Origin: Malacoraja senta
Taxonomy: Eukaryota
Reading direction: 5' to 3'
Assembly: GCA_038087875.1 (NCBI GenBank)
Contig: CM075990.1
Span: 5,334,001 to 5,398,000 of the forward strand
DNA length: 64,000 bases
Shown: in pieces, positions 49,248 to 64,000 of the stretch
How positions within the stretch are numbered: position 1 is the first letter of the stretch
Layout: each line of letters starts with the position of its first letter
Program-made: the position numbers and the translations under genes
Notes under the pieces: model-generated
Database searches by the model: none
The model's input: only the letters and a program-made list of their open reading frames with translations
Told to the model about the DNA's origin: nothing

Positions 49248-52200
49248 GTAAAATATAAAGAAAACCAAATGATAAGTGATTCATAGGCTGAGAAGAATAG
49301 CAGGAAAGGATTTTCATGGGTTGCAGTTGGACAAAAAGGCTGCAGAAACTCAGCGTGTGAGGCGGCATCTATGGAGCGAAGGAATAGGCGACGTTTCGGG
49401 CTGAGACCCTTCTTCAGACTGATGTGGAGGTGGGGAGGGCGGGAAGAAGAAAGGAAGAGGCGGAGACAGTGGGCTGTGGGAGAGTTGGTAAGGGAAGGGG
49501 AAGGAGGGAGAAACCAAGGACTACCTGAAATTGGAGGTCAATGTTCATACCGCTGGGGTGTAAACTGCCCAAGCAAAATATGAGGTGCTGCTCCTCCAAT
49601 TTGCGGTGGGACTCACTCTGGCCATGGAGGAGGCCCAGGACAGAAAGGTCGGATTCGGAATGGGAGGGGGAGTTGAAGTGCTGGGCCACCGGGAGATCAG
49701 GTTGGTTGGTGCGAACCGAGCAGAGGTGTTGGGCAAAGCGATCGCCCAGCCTACGCTTGGTTGCTGTAGTAATTAGCTTCTGTGAATTGTAAATTGTCCC
49801 TAGTTTGTAGGATAGATCATGACCATAAGTGATAGGAGCAGAATTCGGCCATTCGGCCCATCACGGTCTACTCCACCATTTAATCATGGCTGATCTATCT
49901 CTCCCTCATCACCCCATTTTCCTGCCCATCACCCCACTCTCCATAACCTCTGACATCTAACACTAGGATAGTTCTAGAGTAGGGTTGATCGCTGGTCAGC
50001 GTGGACTGAGTGGGCCGAAGGGCCTGTTTCCATGCTATATCTCTAAAGTCTAAAGAGTAATTTCTCCATGTGATTTTTAACCATGGATTTTTAAATAATT
50101 GAAGCAGAATCACAATATTGAATGTTCTTCCTCACCAATGAAGCCATGTCTCAGCTGACCTAGAAGGTTTTGGTGTCAGATCCAAAAATTTAAATTTTTG
50201 AAAACTGGTTTATTATCATTGAAACATCCGTCCAGTACCGATCACCATCTCAGGCCATTCCAAGTTGCTTTACACCTGATTGTCATCCTTAAAATGTAGC
50301 AACCTCTTTGCTAACAGTTGGTACAAAATAACAATGAAATAAATAACAAATTCATCAGCTCTAGCTATTGCTTATGGGATCACCATTGACCAGGGGACAA
50401 GAGGACCACTTTGCTCATCTTTAAATTGTTTGAGACATCTTTTATAAACCCAAGAGCGCCGATAGAACTTTGTCTTAATGTCTCATCCCAGTCACTTGAG
50501 CAATGTGCTCAGTATTGTATTGATGCCTTGGACATGATAGCAGGAGTTTAGAAGAATGAGGAACATACAGAAAAGTGAAAAACTTGTATAGAGTGGATGT
50601 GGAGAGGATGTTTCCACTGGTGGGAGAGTCTAGGACTAGAAGTCATAGCCTCAAAATTAAAGGATGTTCTTTTAGGAAGGAGATGAGGAGAAATGTATTT
50701 AGTCAGAGGGTGGTGAATCTGGAATAATTTGATATTAGTCAGTGGATATTTTTAAGGCAGAGATAGATAAATTCTTGATTAGTACAGGTGTTGGATGTTA
50801 TGGGGAGAAGGCAGGAGAATGGGGTTAAGAGGGAGAGATAGATCAGCCATGATTGAATGGCAGAGTAGACTTGATGGGCCGAATGGCTTAATTCTACTCC
50901 TATCACTTATGACCTTGTGTATGATTATGCTCAAGTCTCTGGAATGTAACCACAACCTCCTAACTCAGAGATATGACTAAAGGGCCTGTCCCACTTGGGC
51001 GTCATTTGCGCATCATTTATGCATCATTTACGCGTCACGACGCACGACGCGCATGGCGTGCATTACGCGCACATGGCACGTGGTGACGTAGGCAGTGACG
51101 TGCGGTCGCACGCGGCGCCCCAGGATTTTGGGATTCTCAAAATCTTCGCGCGCCACCTGTGTGATGCACAAATGATGCCCAAGTGGGACAGGACCTTAAA
51201 ACTCATAAAAAGCATGGGTTATCCATTCAGTTCCTGACAAACCATTCCTGCACTTTACTATGGGGAGAAGTTGACGGGAATGGGCTCATATCATCTGGCG
51301 TTTCAGAGAATAAGAGAAGATTTCAGAAAGGCACAAAAATCCTTAAAAGACCAGACAAGGGTGCTGCTGAGAGACTATATCCCCAGAACAAGCAGACACA
51401 AAATGCTGGAGTAACTGAGCGGGCGAGGCAGCATCTCTGGAGAAAAGGAATGGGCGATGTTTCAGGTCGAGACCCTTCTTCAGTCTCGACCCGAAACGTC
51501 ACCCATTCCTTTTCTCCAGAGATGCTGCCTCACCCGCTGAGTCATTCCAGCATTTTATGTCTACCTTCGATTTAAACCAGCATCTGCAGTTCTTTCTTAT
51601 GCACATCCCCAGAGCAAATAGTCTAAAACTAAAAAATCATAGTTTACGAATTTCAGTCAATAGTGAATCTTTGACATTTTCTATCCTTGGGGCTGGGTTA
51701 GCTCAATCATATTCAAGATTGACGGTGATATGTTCTTGGGAACCAAGGGACATGGAATAGTGCGGGTTAGCAGAATTGATGCAAGCCATGCGATGAAATA
51801 GCCGACCAGGATTAAAGGGCCATTTGATCCTTATTATTGTTTGAAATATTTCAAAATTGGATTATTATTAATGAAGCATGCAGATCATTTACTTGCATAA
51901 CTAGTAAAAGAAGGGCAACATATTTAAGACCTATATTCATCTCTAACCAATATCATCAAGAAATGAACATGCTTGTTCATTTATTTCCATTGTGGTTTAG
52001 GTATTTCACTGTGCTGTAATAAATTGTTGTGCTTTCCTAGTTAATAGAATTAACTGTGTTTCTGAATAAATAGCTATGTAACGACATCTTGATTCATGGA
52101 GTGGTCCAGAAATGTATCTATTCCTTTAATGGCACAAAGTAAATCATTAATGGCATGCATTCCTTTAAGCTGTGAAAGAAAACATAGAGACATGGACCAG

Positions 52201-52608
52201 GGACGGGGTCAAGAGAAGAGATCAATACAGTATAAATATAAATTCCTTTTTCCAAATCAATGTAAACACTGCAGGATTTAAATAAGTAATCCTTTCTTTA
52301 GACATAGCATGGAAACAGGCCCTTTGGCCCACTGAGACCACGCCGACCAGCGATCAGCCCCGACACTAGCACTATCCTGTACACTAGGGGCAATTTACAA
52401 TTTACAGAAGCCAATTAACCTACCGACCTGTACGTCCTTGGAGGGTGTGAGGAAAGCAGAGCGCCCGGAGAAAACCCACACTGTCACAGGGAGAACGTAG
52501 AAACTTCATACAGGCAGCACCTGTAGTCAGGATCGAACCCAGGTCTCTGGTGCTGTAAGGCAGCAACTCTACCGCTGTGCCACCACATTTCTGTGTGTGT
52601 GTGTGTGT

Positions 52609-52724
<116 letters not shown>

Positions 52725-55700
52725 TCGTGTGTGTATTTTTAAAAATTTTTTTTACTGTCCTATTGAATATAGTGTACTATATTGCAATTCCTTTCCCAGC
52801 AATAGCAATGCCAGCCATGTCTCAGCTGAAAGTATTTTCTCCGAGTCAGAAGTGGCTGGAGCACTAAAATAACGCAGCTAGCTGTTCTACAGCAGTTGCG
52901 AGTCTGTAGCCAAGCATCTGTTTCTCATAATTCTCAGTGATTTGAACAAACAGGGGATCTTTTCACTAGCCAAGAAGGTAAGCACATGCCTTCAAGGTAC
53001 TAAGGGCAACAGTCAACACTGAACGAGCAGCTTGTGAACATAGCTCAAATAGAGAGTGAGAGAGATTTTCTGTGAGTCTCCTGTATGTCCAAACTCTTTG
53101 TGGCAAGTAGACCTACAGTATTTCCTTTCCCACCGAATACTGCTACTCCTAATAGGTGGAAGTAAAAACCTGACTCTGGTTGACTGATTTGGATGAGCTA
53201 ATGCTTTTTAGTTTGTGGTAAGGTTGGATCCATGAGTTCCGCGTTCAGCTCAGTCTGTTTAAATAGAACATCAATGTAACAATTGAATACAAACATTGCC
53301 ACTGAAAGAAAGTGATTTATAATGAATCTGGTCCAAGTTGTAGCCTTGTCAAACTCAGGTCGGTAAATAGTTCCAACATTGAGTGATCCAGCATGGCAAG
53401 GCTAGTGAACAATGGTGTAATTGTGTACTTCACCATTAACCCGCTACAAAAAATAACTTCATCCTGTGCTACATTGTACTTTTGTAATGGCTTGTTCAAC
53501 GAATCCAAATTGCTTTGAGATATTGAGAAAGCAATCGGCTTTGAGAACCATGGCTGCTCAAATGCGCAGCGAATGCACCTCACAGTTCCTGCACTTTTAC
53601 CTCTCCTTTGTCCCATTTCATCTTCACCAAGCCACAACTCATCTGGACAGCTCAATCCAGAACATGGGGTCACAGTTTAAGAATAAAGGGGAGACCATTT
53701 AGGGCTGAGATGAGGAAAAACGTTTTCACCCAGACAGTTGTGATTCTGTGGAATACTCTGCCACAGAAGGCAGTGGAGGCCAATTCACTGGATGTTTTCA
53801 AGAGAGAGTTAGATTTAGCTCTTAGGGCTAAAGGAATCAAGGGTTATGGGTAAAAAACAGGAATGGGGTACTGATTTTAGGTGATCAGCCATGATCATAT
53901 TGAATGGCGATGCTGGCTCGAAGGGCACTTCACTGCCACACAGGTGCATACTGCTCACTATCAGGTTCTTTTCAGGCAATAAATTGAAATTGATTGACCT
54001 GAGAAAGATGAGTTCATACTTGTCAGTGCAGATGAATCACAACTGATATCAGGTTCAGTCTTGTATTGCAGTTCTGATTCTGCCAAAAGCTCAGTGACTT
54101 AAAATGTGTGGGAAGGAACTGCAGATGCTGGTTTAAACCGGCAGCATCTCTGGAGAGAAGGAATGGGTGACGTTTCAGGTCGAGACCCTTCTTCAGACTC
54201 AATGGGTGTCGTTTCACGTCGGGACCTTTCTTCAGACTGAAGAAGGGTCTGAGGAAGGGTCTCGACCCGAAACGTCACCCATTTCTTCTTTCCAGAGATG
54301 CTGCCTGTCCCGCTGAGTTACTCCAGCATTTTGTGTCTATCTTCAGTGACTTGAAATGTTTCGCAGTCCACAAGTCCTGCCTGACTAAATGCATTTCCAC
54401 CATTTGGTGTTTTACTTTCAGACTTCCAGCATCTGCACCATTTTGTGGTTGTAGGTTTGATAGCCGATGACCTCTCCAAGCAGTTTGCTTTCTTTCTCAA
54501 AGCAGGACTCTGTAACTTTGAGCGCTGGGAAGTGAAAATTATTCCCCGTTTTGCTGTTGAAACTGAAAGATAAAATCTTGTAGGCAGAACAAAGGGATGG
54601 CTGTTTGGACAGATTGGTATCTGCTGGCCGGACATAAGAGAACGGGCTGTGTCTCTGACTTGTGTCACTTTATAGAAGATCAAAGGATTAATCCAAAAGA
54701 TAAAATTGAGTTTTTATTTAGTCTTGGTCAAATGATTGTGAAATTTACTCTTCCTGGTAAAGAGCATGATGCTAGTCGTGCGTAGTTAATTGTGGTATTT
54801 GTAAATGTGCTTTGGAAAGGAAGCCATATAATATTGATTTCTCTTACATTAAGTAACCCTTGCTTTCCCTCTCTCTCTGACCCTCCCCCATCCTTGTTCT
54901 CTGGCGAGTTTCACTGTCCTGCTGATTACATTTTACTGATTGTATGCCTCGTTGTCATCTTCCCCTCAGCTAACGGTGAACCATTCCCCATTTTCCTTGA
55001 CCATCCTCCCCTTTGATCTGTGTTTTCACACCTTACCCTCCCATATCTCTATGTCTCCCTCTCTGTATGTACACCAGAGTGCTTGAAGCTCCTACAGTGA
55101 ACAGTACACATACAGTAATAACACATACAACAATAATCTTACTTGATAGACACAAAATGCTGGATTAGCTCAGCATCTCTGGAGAGAAGGAATGGGTGAC
55201 GTTTTGGGTCGAGACCCTTCTTCAGTCTGAAGAAGCGTCACCCATTCCTTCTGTCTAGAGATGCTGCCTGTCCCGATGAGTTACTCCAGCATTTTGTGTC
55301 TACTGACAGTTTGATGTCCCTTTCACACCTAACAAGCTCTTTGTACACTTCCATATCTCTAATTTCCGTCTCCCCTGACTCTGTCTGAAGAAGGGTCTCG
55401 ACCCGAAATGTCACCCATTCCTTCTCTCCAGAGATGCCGCCTGTCCTTCTGAGTTACTCCAGCATTTTGTGGCTATCTTCCATATAATAAAGATGTTTGA
55501 CACTTGGGTTTTGGCTGTCAGTATTTCACGCAAACTCATTGAAATCAAATGCAACTCCATAATTCAATAACTCATGGATTCATTGGAGTGCTGGATTGAA
55601 CATGCAGCTATTGCACAGTTTTTAAATGCAATTCCTTTCCCCATGTTTGGGATTTTGCGGACAACAATTAGTATATTGTTAGATTATATTATTTGAGCTT

Positions 55701-58700
55701 GATCTTCTTTTTCCAAATTCTTAACGATTTTAGCCTAAGCTTAGTTTAGTTTAAAGAAGGAACTGCAGATGCTGGAAAATCGAAGGTACACAAAAATGCT
55801 GGAGAAACTCAGCGGGTGCAGCAGCATCTATGGAGCGAAGGAAATAGGCAACGTTTCGGGCCGAAACCCTTCTTCAGACTGATAGGGGGTGGGGAGAAGA
55901 AAGAAAAAAAGGAAAAAGGCGGAGGAGGAGCCTGAGGGCTGGGGGAGGGGAGGAGACAACCAGAGGGCTGATGAAGGGGAGGGGACAGCAAGGGCTAGCA
56001 GAATTGGGAGAATTCAATGTTCAAGCCCCCAGGATGTAGACTGCCCAAGCGGAATATGAGGTGCATTTCCTCCAATTTACGGTGTTGCTCGCTGTGGCCA
56101 TGGAGGAGACCCAGGACAGAGAGGTCAGATACGGAATGGGAGGGGGAGTTGAAGTGTTGAGCCACCGGGAGCTCAGCACTTCAACTCCCCCTCCCATTCC
56201 GTATCTGACCTCTCTGTCCTGGGTCTCCTCCATGGCCACAGCGAGCAACACCATAAAATGGAGGAAATGCACCTCATATTGCGCTTGGGCAGTCTACATC
56301 CTGGGGGCTTGAACATTGAATTCTCCCAATTCTGCTAGCCCTTGCTGTCCCCTCCCCTTCATCAGCCCTCTGGTTGTCTCCTCCCCTCCCCCAGCCCTCG
56401 GGCTCCTCCTCCGCCTTTTTCCTTTTTTCCTTTCTTCTCCCCACCCCCTATCAGTCTGAAGAAGGGTTTCGGCCCGAAACGTTGCCTATTTCCTTCGCTC
56501 CATAGATGCTGCTGCACCCGCTGAGTTTCTCCAGCATTTTTGTGTACCTTAGTTTAGTTTAGTTTAGTTTAGAGATACAGTGTGGAAAGAGGCCCTTCAG
56601 CCCATCAGGTCCGCGCCGTCCAGCGATCCCGTACACTAGCACTATCCTACACGTTAGGGACAATTTACAGAAGCAAATTAACTTGCACACCTGCACGTCT
56701 TCAGATTGTGGGAGAAAACCAGAGCACCCGGAGAAAACCCACGCAGTCACGGCGAGAAAGTACAAACTCCGTACAGATAGCACCCGTAGTCAGGATCGAA
56801 CCTGGGTCTCTGGCACTGTAAGGCAGCAACTCTCTACTGAACTGCTTTCTACCTCATTGGCAACCCTCCGACTATCCTTGCTGGCTTAACCTTGCACCAA
56901 ACGTTATTCCCTTATCATGTATCTGTACACTGTAATGACCGGATTGTAATCATGTATTGTCTTTCCGCTGACTGGATAGCACACAACAAAAGCTTTTCAC
57001 TGTACCTCTGCACACGTGACAATAAACTAAACTGAACTGAACAGGCACATGATCGGAACTGATATTTCACTTCAGAATCCTCTGTCGCATGTATGCGGAC
57101 ACTTGGAAACGTGCAGGCACTGATTTCTTTTCAACAGACACCCAAGGGATACCAGGTCAATCTCAACTGGACCGATCCATGCTCGTAAAAGCCATGTCCC
57201 ACGGTACGAGTTCATTCCAAGAGCTCTCACGAGTTTTAAAAAATCAAACTCGTGGTAAGTGCGGAGAATGAACGTAGCGGGTACGTCGGAGCTCGGGGAC
57301 GTCTCTTAGCGGCTCGTAACGCTAACAGCAGGTACTCGGGAAGACTCGTTAACGGCAGGTAAGCACGGGAAGACTCGTGAAGATTTTTCAACATGTTGAA
57401 AAATGTCCACGAGAGCCCCGAGTACCGACGAGTGGCCATTACCATAAATCTCCGAGTTCGAATCAGGGCAAACTCTGGAGAACTCTTGGAATGAACTTGT
57501 ACCGTGGGACAGGGCTTTCAATCTGGTCTGATTTCTTGCTGTTGGTGTGAAATGTACTTGGAGTGTTTGTTTATTTGTGAGCTCAGCATGTTTGCTACTT
57601 TGAGGTTTGTAGAGCTGGACTTCCCATGCATTCCTTCTGTAGATTATAAATGTTATTTGTTTCACCTTCTAGCTACATATGGGATACATTTCATGTCGAT
57701 ACTATAGTAATAATCATTGACCTTGCTGTGCTTTTCACTTTTGTATCAGTTTGAACCACATCGGTTTAGCTGGTTAACATTGCCCTCTGCTGTTAAAAGA
57801 TTGCTGTGTAATGCTTCTCGTCAAACAGATGCCTGTTTGTTTCTGATGCTGAGTTTCTGTCACTCCCACAATCGGGTAAGAGGTTCAGAGCAAATCAGGT
57901 GATTTTCCCCCCCTCCTATGTTGTGATCTGGGATGCTCTGCCTGAGTGGGAGGTGGAGCAAGAACTCTTACATCACTTAAGAAAGTATTCGGATGAGCAC
58001 CTCATTTCTCATTTCAAAGACGTGCAGGTTTTTGCAGGTTAATTGGCTTCTGTAAATTGTCCCCAGTGTGTAGGATGGAACTAAGGACAATTTGCTGAAG
58101 CCAATTAACCTACAAACCTGTACGTCTTTGGAGTGTGGGGGGGCAAACCAGAACATCTGGAGGAAACCCACATGGTCACGGGGAGAAAATGCAAACTCCA
58201 TACAGACAGCACCAGTACTCAGGATTGAACCCGGGTCTCTTGCACTGTAAAGTAGCAACTCTACCGTTGCGCCACTGTGCCGCCCTATAATCTGTGATCG
58301 CTGATCGCCGTGGGTTCGATGGGCCGAAGGGCCTGTTTCCACACTGTCTCTCTCAACTAAACTAAACATACGATATATGGACCACATGCTTGTAACTGGG
58401 ATTAGTATGAATGGGTTGTTGATGGAAGCCATTACCATGCTAGGTCCTGTTTCTGCATGGCATGACTGCGATTCCATCCTGGAACCCCAAAATAAAACAG
58501 AGATGCTGGAAACACTCAGCATTTGAGGCAGTATCTGTAAATAGGGAAATAGAGTAAACGTGAACTCTTGTGGACTTTTTTACCTGGAATATGTTTCTCT
58601 TTCCATAGATGCTGCATGACCACTGAACATGAATCATCTCTCAATCTGGAACGTGTAGGAAGGAACTGCAGAGGCTGGTTTAAACCGAAGATAGACGCAA

Positions 58701-61700
58701 AATGCTGGAGTAACTCAGCGGGACAGGCAGCATGTGTGGAGGGAAGGAATGGGTGACGTTTTGGGTTGACCCTGAAGAAGGATCTCGACCCGAACCGTCA
58801 CCCATTCCTTCTCTCCCCACATGCTGCCTGTCCCGCTGAGTTACTCCAGCACTCTGTGCCTATCTGGAATTCTCTCCTTACGTGTAACTACCTCTCTCCC
58901 CTCCATTAAGATACTTCATCTAAACATGATCACATGTCCTAATTGCCTCTCATATGATTCATTCTGCAAACTATTTGAAATTCCTTTACAATAGAAGGTT
59001 TTATTGAAGTGGTATAAAAGACTATAGGTAACCTAATTGCTTTGGCAGAAGGGACATTTATGATGAGAGGGGATAGATTTAAGATACAAAAAAACTCAGA
59101 CAATTTTGGATGCTCAGAGCTTCGGTGGTGACGGTCCAGCAAATGTCCTGAACTATTCAATGTCATTTCTATTATTATCCCAGCATATTTTTAATTAACT
59201 TTTTTTTCAGATGGGTACACAGTATCTAATGAACCAGGTAAGTTTAAAGAAGCACAGAAACCAGGACCCCTCTGAGCGGGAAGGGTGTGTGGGAACAGAG
59301 GTTGCAGTGAGTGGGAAAGGAGCATGGGAGCCAGGGCCCTTGTGAGCGGCAATGGTGTGTGGGAACTAGGGCCCTTGTGAGCGGCTATGGTGTGTGGGAA
59401 CTAGGGCACTAGTGAGTAGCAATGGTGTGCAGGATCCAGGATTCTTGTGAGCAGCAATGGTGTGTCCGGGAACTCACTAATGAGTGAATGGTGTGTGGGA
59501 ACTAGGGCCCCAGTGATTGGCGATGTTGTGTGGGAAGGATGGGCCAGATAATTGGGAAAGGAGCCCAGGAACCGGAGCTGTGGTAAATGAGAAAGGAACT
59601 CAGAGAGCGGAGAGCCGGTGACTGGGAAAAGAGTGTGGGAACTCGGCCCCGGTGCATGGGAAATGTGGGGCTCCGGAGTGGGAAGGGTGCATGAAAACCA
59701 GGGCCCCAGTGAGCGGAAAGTTGTGCAGGAACTGGAGTGGAAGGGTGGGCAGGAACCAGGGCCCGGTGAGCGGAGGGGAGCTCGGCAAAACCACCTGAGA
59801 TGCAAAACTACTGGGATGTTCAATTGTTGGAGAGTGGATTAGTGGGGTTTATTATGATTGGTAGATGCACTAGAGGGGTATTGTCGACAAGGAATAAAGT
59901 TTTGAATTTCATTCCCTGAAAGGAAAGTGGAGTCAGGACTCTCAGAACATTGAAGGGACGTTTTCTGATATTTATTTTAGATGAGTGTGTAGGAAGGAAC
60001 TGCAGATGCTGGTTTAATCCGAAGATGGACACAATATGCTGGAGTAACTCAGCGGGACAGGCAGCATCTCTGGAAAGAAGGAATGGGTGACGTTTTGGTT
60101 CGAGACCCGTCTTCAGACTGAAGAAGGGTCACGACCCGAAACGTCACCCATTCCTTCTAACCACTATTCTATGGGTGATGTTTTCGGTCGAGACCCATGT
60201 TCGGTCTGAAGAAGGGCCTCAACCCGAAACGTCACCCATTCCTTCTATCCAGAGATGCTGCCTGTCCCGCTGAGTTACTCCAGCATTTTGTGTCTAGATG
60301 AAATTGGTAACAGTTCCCTCTCCTTGAGTACTGCTGCTCTTAACTATCTTAATTTTTATCCTCCAAAAGCCAATCTTTGAACTGTTTGCCTTGGCACCAT
60401 TTCTGGTTTGCTTCTTCTTCTGTTGTTGGACCTGTTCTGTATGCTGCTTCTCATAGACAATATCCCCCCCCCCCCCACCCCCCACCCCCCAAAAAAACTG
60501 GTTTCATATCTATTCCAGCACTACTTGGCTTACTATCCCCTCCCCCACTGATAGCCAGAGGTAGATGAGCCGATATTTCATCAATGTTTATTGAGAAGAC
60601 TAATGCCAATATTTTCAGGCCCACCACAACTTCTAACCAACAATTCAGTACCTCACTTGGCTACGTATGTACCTACAATATAGACTCAATTATCAAGAAT
60701 GTTAAAGGGTCTGTCCCACTTTCACAACCTAATTCACGACCTCTGCCGAGTTTGCCCTTGACTCATACTCGCAGCATGTTCGTCACGAGGTTGTAGGAGG
60801 TCGTAGGTAGGTCGTAGGTAGGTCGTGATGCTAGTCGTAAGTACTCGTGGCATCAAGTAGGTCGGGGCGTTTTTTCTAGCCTGATGAAAAATGTCCACGA
60901 GTAAAAAAGGTCGTGAAAGGGGGACAGGCCCTTTCTGCTGCCCCCTGCCGCAGCTCAGTTGCTGCTGAAATATTCACCATGTCTTCTATATTTTTAAATT
61001 CTCAACCGTGATTTCGAATCCTATCATAGAATTTCCCCATTTGTGTGGGGGACCTCCGTGAGGGAGGGGGGAGAACTATGGAGGACCCAGCATGGGGGGA
61101 CGGCTGAGGGGGAGGGGTGGTCGGGAAGGGGAGGGAGGGGGAGAACAAAGCAGAAGCCGGCATGCTTTGCAACTTAGTCAGCGCCATAGGTGGTCGCTAT
61201 TTGTATTCCTTGGGTATGCGAGCAAAGAATCTCACTCTGCTGTGTCACATTGGACAATAAAGTATTCCATTCTATAATATTGTACTACGCTGAAGGGCCA
61301 AATGGCCTACTCCTGCACCTATTGTCTCTGGAATATCTTCCTTTTTTTTCTTTTCCTGTCTTTTCAATTTTAATTGCTTCATTGTTGACAAAAACATATT
61401 TTGCTAAAAGATACATAAAACCAGGACTTTTCATTTCCCTACCTTTTTCTTCCTTATTCCAAACCATGTCTACCTTTCTTCCTATCTCTTCTTTCATTTA
61501 GTTCTTAATACCCAATATTTTACTTTAACTTTTGATTATCAGTCTAAAATGTTTCTAAAATGTGCTTTAATATTACTCCTGTGTCAATGTTCCATGTTCA
61601 AAGTGTTATTTAAATGTGAGTTCCACACCATTAATTGCCAAGGTCCTCCTGGAAGATGCTTCCTTACTTCTTAATAATCTGGCATGGCATCTTTAGGCAA

Positions 61701-62592
61701 TGCATAAATGCAAGTTGTTTCTATTGTCCATCTGTACCTCCCAGGGGTGTTGGCTAGGTGTGTATACGTGTAATATAAAGTGAAAAATATTTATAGTTTA
61801 GAGATACAGTGCGGAAACGGGCACTTCGGCCCACCGAGTCCGTGCCGATGAGCGATCCCCGCACACTAAAGGGCCTGTCCCACTTGGGCGTCATTTGCGC
61901 GTCACGCAGGTTGCACGCGAAGAGTTTGTGAATCCCCAAATCCTGGGTCACCACGCACAATGCGCGCAAAATGCGTCGTGACGCGTAAATGATGTTGCGT
62001 GAATGACGCGCAAATGACGCCCAAGTGGGACAGGCCCTTAACATTATCCTACACATACTAGGGACAATTTACACATACACCAAGCCATTTCATCTACATA
62101 GCTGTACGTCTTTGGAGTATGGGAAGAAACTGAAGATCTCGGAGAAAGCCCACGCGGTCACGGGGAGAACGTACAAACTCCGTACAGACAGCACCCGGAG
62201 TCAGCATCGAACCCAGGTCTCCGGCGCTGCAAGCGATGTAAAGCAGCAACTGTACCACTGCGCCACCGTGGCCGCCCATATGATTTGATAATAATCCATT
62301 TGCTTCCGCTACTGGTAAAATACCACTTGGTTCAATCTTCATTCTGCACCAAATGCATTTTACATTGTTTGGCTCTTTCAAAAATGTTTATTTATGGCAG
62401 AATATAAAGTCATGAGTTTTAATTTTCAATTAGTGAAACAGATTATGTGAGTTTAAAAAAGGATGCTTCTGTGTAGTTTGGTAACAAAGTAAGAGTTGCT
62501 GCTTTAATCAGAGATAACATTGCATTAATCAGGGAAAAACAATTGAAAGAAGATGGCATCTATTGAACCGCTGCCTTTTCTTGTGTCTGCAG

Positions 62593-62770
62593 GTTGACAA
62601 TGCTAGAGTCCTGCACTATGTTGGTGCAGGGGTGGGATTTCCCAGTAGTATGCTGTTCATCTGCTTCCAGTCTGTCATCACCTACAAGATTGCAAAGAAT
62701 TCGCTGGACTATCGGATAGGACACTGTCGTGCTGTTCTGACCATTGTGGCCTTCATCAACCTTGTCCTTA
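62593..62770 (+). CDS. TMEM150A: TMEM150A exon (copy 2 of 18975-19152)
   Basis: Identical to 18975-19152, with the same U12 donor. Confidence 0.9.
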
Positions 62771-63945
62771 GTATCCTTTCTACAGAGCTCTTCTTTAAAA
62801 CACGTGCTCCGAGTAACAGTATAACTTCTGCCAACCATAGACACATTCCTCTAAGCCACTGTCAAATCCGAGCCCATACTACACCAATTCACTGTTTATT
62901 ACTACACAATGTTATATCTTCTATTGTCCTTTAATCAACATTGCCTCGTTCATTTCTAGACTGTCCTGACTCTCAATTTATTGCCATTTTGTTCTATTTG
63001 CTCTTTAATAAAATTCTTTTTTTTAACCTCACGAAGACTTTTGTTCTCATAGCTTTACACCTAACATATATCTGCAGGCTTTTAATTAAAAATCCTCGGA
63101 GCTTTAATTTCAGTTCTCAGCAGATCTTCAAACTTGATTTCAATGTAGCTAGTAAGCCTGCAGGTTAGGAGGATAAAGAAGTCATTTAATTTTTTTTTAA
63201 TGTAATTTAAGTCAATGTAAAAAGTATTTTATTTAAGTTTAACTTTTTAGTTGTTTTTAATCATTTATTTCAATTATAATAGTTTGTATTTTAAAATTTA
63301 AATTCCTTTGTACAGTTTTGACAGGAGGCAGGGCTTCTGACCTAGCTTTACATTCTGTCAAAGCCTGTCAAGGTTATTCTAGGGGTGGAGCACCAGCATT
63401 ACGTGGCTGGAGATCTGGTTACCATTTTTGCAAATCAGTTTAAGAGATCGAGCCATAGTTCAATATCTACAAAAAAATAGCCTGCTGTGTTGATTTTAAG
63501 TAATACAAAAAATTCAACTTAGAAATTCAGTGTGAAGGCAACACCATTATCCAATCTTTTCTATAATATATATATACATATTTGTAGACACAAAGTGCTG
63601 GAGGAGCTCAGCGGGTTAGGCGGCATCTCTGCAGAAAAACGTTAGTTGACATTTCGGGCCAGGATCCTTCTTCGCTTTGTGTCTCTCCAGACCCACTGAG
63701 TTACTCCAGTACTTTGTGTCACCCATCCTTTTTCTCCAGTGATGTTGCCTGACCGGGTGAGTTACTCCAGAATTTGTGTCTGTCTTTGGTACAGTCTGAA
63801 GAAGGATCCTGCCCAAAACGTCATCTATCCATTTACCCCGGAGATGCCGACTGACCTGCTGAGTTTCTCCAGCACTTTGTATAAGCCAGCGTTTGCACTT
63901 CTTTGTTTCTATATCCCATCAATAGCTCCTTAACATGCTCCTAAG

Positions 63946-64000
63946 GTGGGGTCTTCTTCGTTCAGGAGAGCTCAAATCTCCAGCATGCTGCAGCCATTTG
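63946..64000 (+). CDS. TMEM150A: TMEM150A last coding exon (copy 2), truncated by the window end
   Basis: Identical to 20328-20382 and preceded by the TCCTTAAC branch point. Confidence 0.9.
   Translation, partial: MGSSSFRRAQISSMLQPF

Overview
Eukaryotic, repeat-dense vertebrate DNA, most likely from a cartilaginous fish (skate/ray/shark). That assignment is inferred from HE1-type V-SINEs, HER1/CR1 LINEs and abundant Penelope remnants. The only host gene I can reconstruct is TMEM150A (DRAM/TMEM150/Sfk1 family) on the + strand. Four coding exons lie at 476-543, 5489-5616, 18975-19152 and 20328-20572. A further upstream exon lies at 40269-40352, followed by a second copy of the same exons (44107-44174, 49120-49247, 62593-62770, 63946->64000). 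Bases 1-20382 recur almost identically at 43632-64000 (about 9 SNPs and 2 indels seen by eye), on the far side of a 200-N scaffold gap (32700-32899), so a haplotype false duplication is the leading explanation. The last TMEM150A intron is a U12-type (minor spliceosome) intron, and a candidate 27-nt in-frame microexon sits at 15593-15619. The most unusual repeat signal is a family of short Penelope-derived fold-back insertions. They have variable fold points, target-site duplications and a minimal hammerhead ribozyme motif, and include one 380-bp-arm near-perfect hairpin. Also present are PIF/Harbinger-type MITEs, Rex1/Babar, Tx1, RTE and Tigger remnants, and a probable non-autonomous Helitron. 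All calls are by eye; no database searches were run.
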